In this document: positions 16,504-24,911 of the stretch, piece after piece
Position numbering within the stretch: position 1 is the stretch's first letter
Layout of the letters: each line of letters opens with the position of its first letter
NCBI RefSeq assembly: GCF_042660085.1
Contig: NZ_JBHSTI010000008.1
Span: forward strand, 690,001 to 722,000
Direction of reading: 5' to 3'
DNA length: 32,000 nucleotides
From: Longivirga aurantiaca
Lineage (GTDB): Bacteria; Actinomycetota; Actinomycetes; S36-B12; CAIYMF01
Made by a program: the position numbers and the translations under genes
The notes under the pieces: model-generated
What the model saw: the letters and a program-made list of their open reading frames with translations, nothing else
Told to the model about the DNA's origin: nothing
The model's database searches: none

Positions 16504-17582
16504 GCGCCACCACCGCCGAGGGCACCAGCCGCCAGTGGCGTGGCCTCATCGAGGAGTACCGCTCGCGGCTCCCGGTCAGCGACAAGACCCCTGTCGTGAC
16601 GCTGCGCGAGGGCGGCACGCCGCTCGTGTACGCCTGCGTGCTCTCGGAGATGACCGGCTGCGAGGTCTGGATCAAGGTCGAGGGCGCCAACCCGACCGGG
16701 TCGTTCAAGGACCGCGGCATGACGATGGCGATCTCCAAGGCCGCGGAGGAGGGCGCCAAGGCTGTCATCTGCGCGTCCACCGGCAACACCTCCGCCTCGG
16801 CCGCGGCGTACGCCGTCAAGGCGGGCATGGTCTGCGCGGTGCTCGTGCCCAGCGGCAAGATCGCGCTCGGCAAGATGGCGCAGGCCCTCGTGCACGGCGC
16901 GAAGATCCTGCAGGTCGACGGCAACTTCGACGACTGCCTCACCCTCGCGCGCAAGCTCTCCGAGAGCTACCCCGTCTCGCTCGTGAACTCGGTCAACCCC
17001 TTCCGCATCGAGGGCCAGAAGACGGGTGCGTTCGAGATCGTCGACTTCCTCGGCGACGCGCCGGACATCCACTGCCTCCCCGTGGGCAACGCCGGCAACA
17101 TCACCGCCTACTGGAAGGGCTTCGTGGAGTACGCCACCGACGGCGTCGCCACCAAGCGCCCGCGCGAGTGGGGGTTCCAGGCGGCCGGCGCCGCGCCGAT
17201 CGTGAACGGCGCGCCCGTCATGCACCCGTCGACCATCGCCACGGCGATCCGCATCGGCAACCCCGCGTCGTGGGAGCAGGCCGTCGCCGCGCGCGACGAG
17301 TCCGGCGGCCTCATCGACGCCGTGACCGACCGCGAGATCCTCTCGGCCTACCGTCTCCTCGCGGCGAAGGAGGCGGTATTCGTCGAGCCCGCATCCGCCG
17401 CGTCGGTGGCGGGGCTGCTGAAGAAGCACAAGGAGGGCCTCCTCGACCCGGGCCAGACCGTGGTCTGCACGGTGACGGGCAACGGGCTCAAGGACCCGGA
17501 GTGGGCGATCGCCGGTGCGCCTCAGCCCACCCATGTGGCCGTCGACGCGTACGCCGCCGCCCTCCAGCTGGGCCTCGCGTGA
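16500..17582 (+). CDS. thrC: Threonine synthase
   Basis: 360 aa. The PLP-lysine motif [10 protein letters not shown] and STGNTSAS are present. The ATGA overlap with the hom stop suggests translational coupling. Confidence 0.95.
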   Translation: MSATTAEGTSRQWRGLIEEYRSRLPVSDKTPVVTLREGGTPLVYACVLSEMTGCEVWIKVEGANPTGSFKDRGMTMAISKAAEEGAKAVICASTGNTSASAAAYAVKAGMVCAVLVPSGKIALGKMAQALVHGAKILQVDGNFDDCLTLARKLSESYPVSLVNSVNPFRIEGQKTGAFEIVDFLGDAPDIHCLPVGNAGNITAYWKGFVEYATDGVATKRPREWGFQAAGAAPIVNGAPVMHPSTIATAIRIGNPASWEQAVAARDESGGLIDAVTDREILSAYRLLAAKEAVFVEPASAASVAGLLKKHKEGLLDPGQTVVCTVTGNGLKDPEWAIAGAPQPTHVAVDAYAAALQLGLA

Positions 17583-18523
17583 CACCGCCGCCCTCGGGCC
17601 GCCCGGTCTTCCGCGCAGCGGCCGTCCGAGTCCGCGTGCCCGCGACGTCGGCGAACCTCGGCCCCGGGTTCGACAGCCTGGGGCTCGCCCTCGGGCTCCA
17701 CGACGACGTCGTCGCGCAGGTCTCGGACGACTCCGGCGTCCGCGTCGACGTGCACGGCGAGGGTGCGGACTCCGTCCCGCGCGACCACCGGCACCTCGTC
17801 GCGAAGTCGATGCTCAAGGCGTTCGACGCACTCGGTGGGCGGCCGCGTGGCCTGGATCTGGTGTGCGCCAACAGGATCCCGCACAGCCGCGGACTCGGGT
17901 CGTCGGCTGCGGCCATCGTCTCCGGGCTCGTCCTCGCGCGCGCGCTCGTCGTCGGCGGCGACGAGCGGATGCCCGACGACGCGCTGCTCGAGCTCGCGTC
18001 GTCGATCGAGGGTCACCCCGACAACGTCGCCGCGTGCCTGCACGGCGGCGCCACGATCGCCTGGACCCGGGGCACCGTTCCCGCGTCCACGGGAGTGCTC
18101 GACCTCGTGCCGGCTGCGTCGATCGTGCCGGTGGTGTGCGTGCCGTCGTCCGCCGTGGCCACGAAGAAGGCGCGTGCGCTGCTCCCCGAGACCGTTCCGC
18201 ATGCCGATGCGGCATGGAACGCCGCGCGCGCGGCGCTGCTCGTGCAGGCCCTCACGGTGCGCCCCGACCTGCTGCTCGAGGCCACCGACGACCGCCTGCA
18301 CCAGCCCTACCGCCGGCCGGCGTACCCGCGCACCACCGACCTGGTCGCCAAGCTGCGGGCTGCCGGGATCCCGGCAGCCGTCAGCGGTGCGGGGCCGACC
18401 GTGCTCGCGCTCGCCGACTCCACGAGCGCCCCGCGGGTGGCCGGGCTGGCCGGCGCACGGTTCGCGACGTCCGTGCTCGAGGTCGACCGCGAGGGTGCAC
18501 GGGTCCTTCCCCTCGAGGGCTGA
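17579..18523 (+). CDS. thrB: Homoserine kinase
   Basis: This is the C-terminal 314 codons of the 804-aa ORF. GTG 17579 overlaps the thrC stop (GTGA). GHMP kinase motifs [13 protein letters not shown] and [13 protein letters not shown] are present. Confidence 0.9.
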   Translation: MTPPPSGRPVFRAAAVRVRVPATSANLGPGFDSLGLALGLHDDVVAQVSDDSGVRVDVHGEGADSVPRDHRHLVAKSMLKAFDALGGRPRGLDLVCANRIPHSRGLGSSAAAIVSGLVLARALVVGGDERMPDDALLELASSIEGHPDNVAACLHGGATIAWTRGTVPASTGVLDLVPAASIVPVVCVPSSAVATKKARALLPETVPHADAAWNAARAALLVQALTVRPDLLLEATDDRLHQPYRRPAYPRTTDLVAKLRAAGIPAAVSGAGPTVLALADSTSAPRVAGLAGARFATSVLEVDREGARVLPLEG

Positions 18524-18788
18524 ACGGCGCGCCGACCTCCCTCGTACGGGTGGTGTTGGACGTGGACCCGCCCCCGGGTGTTACCCTCGTCGTATCCGGG
18601 GCCCGCACCGTCCGTCGTTCTGACGGGTGGACGCCCGTCGGGGCCTCTCGCGACATCCCACCGCAGTCGCCCCTCTGCGCCGCCCCCGGACACCCGTGCT
18701 GCCGTTCGCTTCCTCACGAACCTTGCCGCGGCACGTCCGCCCGTCCGTCTCCCGACGGACGACCTCTCGATGCAGAACGAGGCACTCG

Positions 18789-20663
18789 GTGACCGAGACC
18801 ACCCAGACCACCCCGTCCGCCCGCAAGGGCGGCGGACTCAGCTCGATGCTCCTGCCGGAGCTCAAGGCCCTCGCCGGCCAGCTCGGCATCAGCGGGGCGT
18901 CGGGCATGCGCAAGGCCGACCTCGTGAGCGCCATCGGCGCCCGCCAGGTCGGTGGCTCCGGCGGCGCCGCCAAGGCCGACCGCCCGGCCCGCGAGGACCG
19001 TGCCCCCCGCGAGGAGCGTGCCCCCCGCGAGGAGCGCGCCGAGGCTCCCGCCGACGGCGGCGACCGCCCGGCTCGCGAGGACCGCCCCGCGCGCGAGGAC
19101 CGCGGCGACCGCGGACCGCGTCAGGACCGACAGGACCGCGGACCGCGCCAGGACCGTCAGGACCGTGGCGACCGCCCGGAGCGCGAGGACCGCGGCGACC
19201 GCCAGCAGGGCCAGAACCGCGACCAGAACCGGGACCATAACCAGGGCGAGCGCGCCGCCGGCCAGGGCAGCCAGAACCAGGGCAGCCAGAACCAGGGCGG
19301 CAACCAGAACCGCGACCAGAACCAGGGCAACCAGGGCGGCGACTTCGACGACGAGCGCGGCGGCCGCAGCAGCCGTCGGCGCCGCCGGGGCCGCGACCGC
19401 GACCGTCCCGGGTTCGACCGCGACGACCGCGGCCCGCGCAACGACCGGCAGGGGCGCAACAACCGCGGCCCGCGCGGGTTCGAGGGCGATGTCGAGGTCA
19501 CCGAGGACGACGTGCTCCTGCCCGTCGCCGGAATCCTCGACATCATGGACAGCTACGCGTTCGTGCGCACGAGCGGCTACCTGCCCGGCCACAACGACGT
19601 GTACGTCTCGCTCCAGATGGCCAAGCGCTACGGCCTGCGCAAGGGCGACGCGGTCACCGGTGTCGTGCGCCAGCCCCGCGACGGCGAGAAGGCCCAGAAG
19701 TTCAACCCGCTCGTGCGGGTCGAGACCGTCAACGGCGCCGACCCCGAGCTGTCCCGCAACCGCATCGAGTTCGGCAAGCTGACGCCGCTCTACCCGCAGG
19801 AGCGCCTGCGGCTCGAGACCGACGGGTCCAACCTCGTCACCCGCGTGATCGACCTCGTCGCCCCGATCGGCAAGGGCCAGCGCGGCCTCATCGTGTCGCC
19901 GCCGAAGGCGGGCAAGACGATGGTGCTCCAGGCCATCGCCAACGCGATCACCCAGAACAACCCCGAGGTCCACCTCATGGTCGTGCTCGTCGACGAGCGG
20001 CCCGAGGAGGTCACCGACATGCAGCGCTCGGTGAAGGGCGAGGTCATCGCCTCGACCTTCGACCGGCCGGCGGAGGACCACACCACCGTCGCCGAGCTCG
20101 CCATCGAGCGGGCCAAGCGCCTCGTGGAGCTCGGGCACGACGTCGTGGTCCTGCTCGACTCGATGACGCGTCTCGGCCGTGCCTACAACCTCGCGGCGCC
20201 GGCCTCCGGCCGCATCCTCTCCGGCGGTGTCGACTCGGCCGCCCTCTACCCGCCGAAGCGGTTCTTCGGTGCCGCCCGCAACATCGAGAACGGCGGGTCG
20301 CTCACGATCCTCGCGACCGCCCTCGTCGAGACCGGGTCCCGCATGGACGAGGTCATCTTCGAGGAGTTCAAGGGCACCGGAAACATGGAGCTCAAGCTCG
20401 ACCGCAAGCTCGCGGACAAGCGCATCTTCCCCGCGGTCGACGTCGACGCCTCCGGCACGCGCAAGGAGGAGATCCTCATGGCGCCGGACGAGCTCAAGAC
20501 CGTCTGGAAGCTGCGCCGGGTGCTGCACGCGCTCGACCAGCAGCAGGCCATCGAGCTCCTGCTCGGCAAGCTGCGCGAGACCAAGAGCAACTTCGAGTTC
20601 CTGCTGCAGGTGCAGAAGACCACCCCCATGGCGGTCGGCTCCTCCAGCGACGACGACGACTGA
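18789..20663 (+). CDS. rho: Transcription termination factor Rho with long RD/QN-rich N-terminal insertion
   Basis: The Rho N-terminal helix motif MLLPELKALAGQLGISGASGMRKADLV, the cold-shock-like RNA-binding domain (GILDIMDSYAFVRTSGYL), Walker A (PPKAGKT) and a RecA-like C-terminal domain are all present. Start placed at the in-frame GTG 18789 (VTETTQTT...); the ORF opens at 18627, so the start is uncertain. Confidence 0.9.
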   Translation: MTETTQTTPSARKGGGLSSMLLPELKALAGQLGISGASGMRKADLVSAIGARQVGGSGGAAKADRPAREDRAPREERAPREERAEAPADGGDRPAREDRPAREDRGDRGPRQDRQDRGPRQDRQDRGDRPEREDRGDRQQGQNRDQNRDHNQGERAAGQGSQNQGSQNQGGNQNRDQNQGNQGGDFDDERGGRSSRRRRRGRDRDRPGFDRDDRGPRNDRQGRNNRGPRGFEGDVEVTEDDVLLPVAGILDIMDSYAFVRTSGYLPGHNDVYVSLQMAKRYGLRKGDAVTGVVRQPRDGEKAQKFNPLVRVETVNGADPELSRNRIEFGKLTPLYPQERLRLETDGSNLVTRVIDLVAPIGKGQRGLIVSPPKAGKTMVLQAIANAITQNNPEVHLMVVLVDERPEEVTDMQRSVKGEVIASTFDRPAEDHTTVAELAIERAKRLVELGHDVVVLLDSMTRLGRAYNLAAPASGRILSGGVDSAALYPPKRFFGAARNIENGGSLTILATALVETGSRMDEVIFEEFKGTGNMELKLDRKLADKRIFPAVDVDASGTRKEEILMAPDELKTVWKLRRVLHALDQQQAIELLLGKLRETKSNFEFLLQVQKTTPMAVGSSSDDDD

Positions 20664-20688
20664 CCGCCCGGTCGTCCCCGGCCCGACG

Positions 20689-20722
20689 CAGAAGGCCCGC
20701 CCCCTCCGGGGCGGGCCTTCTG
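20689..20722 (+). terminator. Stem-loop terminator downstream of rho
   Basis: Perfect 15-bp stem CAGAAGGCCCGCCCC / GGGGCGGGCCTTCTG with loop CTCC, 26 nt after the rho stop. It is followed by CCTGTCTT, a weak T-tract. Confidence 0.75.
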
Positions 20723-20887
20723 CCTGTCTTGAGCCTCGGCGTCGTTTCGGAGCGTGTTTCACCCGTTCGGCTCGCGGATCCGGCCGATCTTTTCCTCTCG
20801 ATGGGCTCAAGGAGTGACGTCAGGGGCCGATGACTGCTCTGCACGGGGGTGTGTGTCATCGCAGTTATTTCCTGGAGGGGAACCATC

Positions 20888-21529
20888 ATGAGCACCACCA
20901 CCCGTAAGCGCGCCGTCCGCGCCGTGGCGCCGGTCGCCGGCCTCCTGGCCGCCGGCCTCCTGGTCTGGCAGGGCAGCTACGCCGCCTTCAGCGCCACCAC
21001 CGACAACACCGACGACGCCTGGTCCACCGGCACCATGGCCCTGACCAACAACGGCGGCGGCACCGCGTTCGCCGGCAGCACCACCGCGCTGTTCACCGAG
21101 GACGACCTCAACTTCGGCGACTTCGCCGAGAAGTGCATCACCGTGGAGAGCAACGGCTCGCTCGGCGGCGACCTCGCCCTCTACCGCGGCACCGTCACCG
21201 GGGCAGCCGCCAACGGCGACCCGTCGGTCGTCCTCGGCAACCAGCTGCGCCTCACCGTCGACGCCGCCCCGCTCGCGTCGGCGACCGACAACGTCGCGGC
21301 CGACTGCACCGGCTTCCCGGCCCTCGCCACGACGGTCGTGAACAACGTGACGCTCAACGCCTTCCCGTCGGCGTACGGCCCGGCTGCGAAGGTCGCTGTC
21401 TCTGACGGCGCCACCACGCGCGTCGCCTACCGCATCTCCTGGACGCTCCAGTCGACCGGGTCGGCGCTGACCGACAACCCGCTGCAGGGCTACTCGGTCG
21501 TCGCGGACCTCAACTGGGAGCTCCAGTAG
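20888..21529 (+). CDS. TasA/camelysin (peptidase M73-like) family secreted protein with SipW-type signal peptide
   Basis: ATG 20888 is preceded by GGAGGGG. The N-terminus is RKRAVRAVAPVAGLLAAGLLVWQGSYAAFSATTDNTDDAWSTGTMALT; compare B. subtilis TasA ...GGTWAAFND...ASGTLDLS. Also matching are LNFGDFAEKCITVESNGSLGGDL (TasA LKPGDKLTKDFQFENNGSL) and a C-terminal LQGYSVVADLNWELQ strand. Confidence 0.75.
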   Translation: MSTTTRKRAVRAVAPVAGLLAAGLLVWQGSYAAFSATTDNTDDAWSTGTMALTNNGGGTAFAGSTTALFTEDDLNFGDFAEKCITVESNGSLGGDLALYRGTVTGAAANGDPSVVLGNQLRLTVDAAPLASATDNVAADCTGFPALATTVVNNVTLNAFPSAYGPAAKVAVSDGATTRVAYRISWTLQSTGSALTDNPLQGYSVVADLNWELQ

Positions 21530-21748
21530 TCGTCGACGTCACCGGGGGCGTCGCCTGAGGGCGACGAGACCGTGACGTGACACGCCGTCGGTGTGCCCCC
21601 TGCGGGGGGCATGGGGCACACCGGCGGGCTCCGTCGACGACGGGGCCGTCCGGTGGGGGCCGGACGGTGCCGTGGCTGACGGGCCGCATCTCAGAAACCT
21701 GATGCACGGGGAACCCGAACCACGGATCGCGTGGGCAGGAGGATCGAC

Positions 21749-23332
21749 ATGGCCATCCCGGCCTGGGCACCCATGCCCGGTGACGAGGCGCCGTCGACCC
21801 CCCGCACGCCCCGCCGCTCCTCGACCCCGATGTTCCTGCTCGGCATCCTCAGCCGGACCTGGCTCTGGTTCGTCGCGGGCTGCGTGCTGGTCACGATCGT
21901 GCCCATGCTGTTCGGCTGGCGCCCGTACGTCGTCCAGAGCGGGTCGATGATGCCGCGCATCGCCGTGGGCGACGTCGTCCTCGCCTCGCCGGTGGACGAC
22001 CCGGCGCTGCTCCTCGGCCGCGTGACGGTCTTCCGCGACCCCAGCACGCCCGCCATCACCAAGACCCACCGCGTGATGAGCATCGACGGCGACGGGCGGA
22101 TGATCACCAAGGGCGACGCCAACACGTCGGTCGACTCGACCCCGATCACCATCGCCGACGTCGAGGGCATGGGACGTCTCCTCGTGCAGTTCGTCGGCCT
22201 CCCGCTGATCTGGGTCAGCACCCAGCAGTGGGTCTACCTCGGGGCGCTCGTGCTGAGCCTCCTCCTGGCCGCGTGGGTCACCGCGCGGGACCGCGACGAG
22301 GACGTGGACGAGGACGAGGACGACCCCGACGGCGGCGGACCACCGGGCGGGGACCTCCTGCCGCTTCCGCGGCCGGCCGGGGGCTCCGGTGCCACCGCCG
22401 TCGCCGCCAGCACCCCGATGGATCCCCGGCTCCGCCGCGAGGCCGGCAAGCGCTGGGCGCAGCGGGCCGGCTACGGCGTGGTGCTCACCGGCGCCCTGAC
22501 CCTGCCCACCGTCAACGCCGCCTTCGCCGCCACCACCGCCACGACCGCCAACAGCTGGCGCGTGGCGGCTCCGTCGTACTCGGACGTGGTCACCGGCCTG
22601 CGCCCGTGGATGTGGTGGAAGCTCGACGAGACCGGCACGGGCAGCACCGCGGCCGACTCCTCGGGCAACGGCCGGGCGGGCAGCTTCGTCACCGACGGAT
22701 CCTCGACGTACGTCACGAAGGGCGTCGTCGGCGCCATCCCGAGCGAGACGCCCAACCGAGCCGTGACGCTGACCAACGCGGACTCCTGCGTCGTGACCAC
22801 ATCGACCAGCGGGACCTCCTCGCCCGGCAACCTCACCGCGGTCGCCTGGTTCCGCACCACGACCACGTCCGGCGGCACGCTGCTGGGCTTCGAGTCGCCG
22901 CGCACCGGCGTGACGGCCTATGCCTCCGGCGGGCGCTACGGGCGCCAGCTGTACATGGACGCGCGGGGCACCGTGTGGTTCGGCACGTCCACCAACCAGA
23001 CGATCCGCGGGCTGCAGTCGCCCACCGCGCTCAACGACGGCCAGTGGCACATGGCCGCCGGCGTGCTGTCGTCGGCGGGCATGCGGCTCTACATCGACGG
23101 CGCCCTCGTGGGCTCCAACACCGTCTCGAGCGTGAGCAGCTACACCGGCTGGTGGCGGGCGGGCTGCGGCAACCTGTCCGGCTGGGGCTCGCTCTGGGAC
23201 GGCGGAAGCTCCCCGTCGGCGTCGTGGAACCAGCCGCGCAACTTCCCGTTCGCGGGGTCCCTGGACGAGGTCTCGGTGTGGAACCAGCCCCTCACGGCCA
23301 CGGACATCGCCGCTCTGTGGGCGGCCCGCTGA
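21749..23332 (+). CDS. SipW-type (archaeal/ER-type, Ser-His) signal peptidase I fused to an internal SipW-type signal peptide and a LamG (concanavalin A-like) domain
   Basis: ATG 21749 is preceded by AGGAGG (21737-21742); the ORF opens at GTG 21731. Peptidase boxes are [25 protein letters not shown] and [14 protein letters not shown] (compare SipW YVVLSGSMEPEF.., ITHRV, TKGDNNAAADSAPV). They are flanked by two TM helices. Next come the acidic linker [15 protein letters not shown], then [47 protein letters not shown], then a LamG-like region ([25 protein letters not shown] ... [22 protein letters not shown]). There is no stop codon between the two halves. Confidence 0.85.
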   Translation: MAIPAWAPMPGDEAPSTPRTPRRSSTPMFLLGILSRTWLWFVAGCVLVTIVPMLFGWRPYVVQSGSMMPRIAVGDVVLASPVDDPALLLGRVTVFRDPSTPAITKTHRVMSIDGDGRMITKGDANTSVDSTPITIADVEGMGRLLVQFVGLPLIWVSTQQWVYLGALVLSLLLAAWVTARDRDEDVDEDEDDPDGGGPPGGDLLPLPRPAGGSGATAVAASTPMDPRLRREAGKRWAQRAGYGVVLTGALTLPTVNAAFAATTATTANSWRVAAPSYSDVVTGLRPWMWWKLDETGTGSTAADSSGNGRAGSFVTDGSSTYVTKGVVGAIPSETPNRAVTLTNADSCVVTTSTSGTSSPGNLTAVAWFRTTTTSGGTLLGFESPRTGVTAYASGGRYGRQLYMDARGTVWFGTSTNQTIRGLQSPTALNDGQWHMAAGVLSSAGMRLYIDGALVGSNTVSSVSSYTGWWRAGCGNLSGWGSLWDGGSSPSASWNQPRNFPFAGSLDEVSVWNQPLTATDIAALWAAR

Positions 23333-23522
23333 CCGGCTGACCTGCGGCGCGGCACCCGGGGGAATGCGGGGGAGCACCCGCCGGTTTGGAGGGTGCGTCG
23401 ATCGGGTGGCAGACTGGACCGCTGGTACCCCGGCTTCCCGGTCGGAGCAGTCCCACCCACGGTGTCCGGTTCACGTGCCGCCCCGCGCGAGCACGACCCG
23501 GTCACGACACGAGGAGAGCGAC

Positions 23523-23738
23523 ATGAAGGCCGACATCCACCCGGCGTACGGCGAGACCACGGTGCACTGCGCCTGCGGGTCCACGTTCACCACGCGCAGC
23601 ACCGCCAAGAACGGCGTCATCCACGCCGAGGTCTGCAGCCAGTGCCACCCGTTCTACACGGGCAAGCAGAAGATCCTCGACACCGGCGGCCGCGTCGCCA
23701 AGTTCGAGAAGCGTTTCGGCAAGAAGGCCGACGCCTAG
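23523..23738 (+). CDS. rpmE: 50S ribosomal protein L31 (Cys-containing, Zn-ribbon type)
   Basis: 71 aa: MKADIHPAY...CACGS...[13 protein letters not shown]...[18 protein letters not shown] is upstream. Confidence 0.95.
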   Translation: MKADIHPAYGETTVHCACGSTFTTRSTAKNGVIHAEVCSQCHPFYTGKQKILDTGGRVAKFEKRFGKKADA

Positions 23739-23831
23739 CACTCCCGTCGAGGGCGCTCCTGCACCGCTGCACGCGGTCGCGGGGGCGCCCTCAGCGCATG
23801 TCAGGCAGCCGCAGCGATCAGGGAGAACCCG

Positions 23832-24911
23832 ATGTTCGAGTCCGTCGAGGCCCTCGAGGCCGAGTACGCCGACCTCGAGCGCCGGCTCGCCGACCCCGAC
23901 ATCCACGGCGACCAGGCGGCCGCCCGCAAGGTCGGACGCCGGTACGCCGAGCTCCGCCCCGTCGTCGCCACCTACCGCGAGTGGAAGGCCACGGGCGACG
24001 ACCTCGAGGCCGCGCTCGAGCTGGCGGGCGACGACTCCGCGTTCCGCATCGAGGCGGAGCAGCTCGAGGCGCACCGCGCCGAGCTCGCCGACCGGCTGCA
24101 GGTGCTGCTCATCCCGCGCGACCCGCTCGACGACTCGGACGTGATCCTCGAGATCAAGGCGGGCGAGGGCGGCGAGGAGTCGGCGCTGTTCGCCGGCGAC
24201 CTCCTGCGGATGTACCTCCGGTACGCCGAGCGCCGGGGATGGAAGGCCGAGGTGCTCGAGGCCGAGCAGTCCGACCTCGGGGGCTACAAGGACGTCACGG
24301 TCGCGGTGAAGGCGCGCGGCTCGGTGGAGCCCGGCGAGGCGCCGTACGCCCGGCTGAAGTTCGAGGGCGGCGTCCACCGCGTGCAGCGGGTGCCGGCGAC
24401 GGAGTCTCAGGGCCGCATCCACACCAGCGCCGCCGGTGTGCTCGTGCTTCCCGAGACCGAGGACGTCGAGGTCGAGATCGACGCCAACGACCTGCGCATC
24501 GACGTCTACCGCTCGAGCGGCCCGGGCGGGCAGAGCGTCAACACCACCGACTCCGCCGTGCGCATCACGCACATCCCCACCGGCGTCGTGGTCAGCTGCC
24601 AGAACGAGAAGAGCCAGCTGCAGAACAAGGAGTCGGCGATGCGCATCCTGCGCGCCCGGCTCGTCGCCCTCGCGGAGGAGGCCGCCGCGAAGGAGGCCTC
24701 CGACGTACGCCGCTCGCAGGTGCGCACGGTCGACCGCTCCGAGCGCATCCGCACGTACAACTTCCCCGAGAACCGCATCAGCGACCACCGGGTCGGCTTC
24801 AAGGCGTACAACCTCGACGCCGTGCTCGACGGCGAGATCGAGACGCTCGTGCAGGCCTGCGTCGACGCCGACCTCGCGGCTCGCATGGCCTCGCTCGGGA
24901 CCGAGTCCTGA
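23832..24911 (+). CDS. prfA: Peptide chain release factor 1
   Basis: 359 aa. It has the GGQ motif (SGPGGQSVN) and the RF1-type PxT tripeptide ([13 protein letters not shown]). Confidence 0.95.
   Translation: MFESVEALEAEYADLERRLADPDIHGDQAAARKVGRRYAELRPVVATYREWKATGDDLEAALELAGDDSAFRIEAEQLEAHRAELADRLQVLLIPRDPLDDSDVILEIKAGEGGEESALFAGDLLRMYLRYAERRGWKAEVLEAEQSDLGGYKDVTVAVKARGSVEPGEAPYARLKFEGGVHRVQRVPATESQGRIHTSAAGVLVLPETEDVEVEIDANDLRIDVYRSSGPGGQSVNTTDSAVRITHIPTGVVVSCQNEKSQLQNKESAMRILRARLVALAEEAAAKEASDVRRSQVRTVDRSERIRTYNFPENRISDHRVGFKAYNLDAVLDGEIETLVQACVDADLAARMASLGTES

Noticed and set aside
16109-17578. Upstream 490 codons of the 804-aa ORF ending at 18523, and the 16257..17585 minus-strand ORF
   Set aside because: They are out of frame with hom and thrC, or antisense to them. 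Homoserine kinase homology begins only at GTG 17579, which overlaps the thrC stop.
18714-20810. 698-aa minus-strand ORF, plus 18952..19782 (+) and 18578..19240 (+)
   Set aside because: They are antisense or off-frame to rho. The repetitive Ala/Arg/Thr runs mirror the low-complexity repeats of the Rho insertion.
21539-23377. 612-aa minus-strand ORF, plus 22228..23340 (+)
   Set aside because: They are antisense or off-frame to the SipW-LamG gene, whose frame contains all the peptidase boxes and the LamG motifs.
23333-23522. Zur box or other metal-regulatory site upstream of rpmE, and the N-terminal extension of ORF 23364..23738
   Set aside because: This L31 keeps its Cys pairs, so it is the Zn-ribbon type and not the Zur-regulated C-minus paralogue. 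I saw no AT-rich palindrome. The ORF extension has poor codon bias, and a good SD (GAGGAG) precedes ATG 23523.
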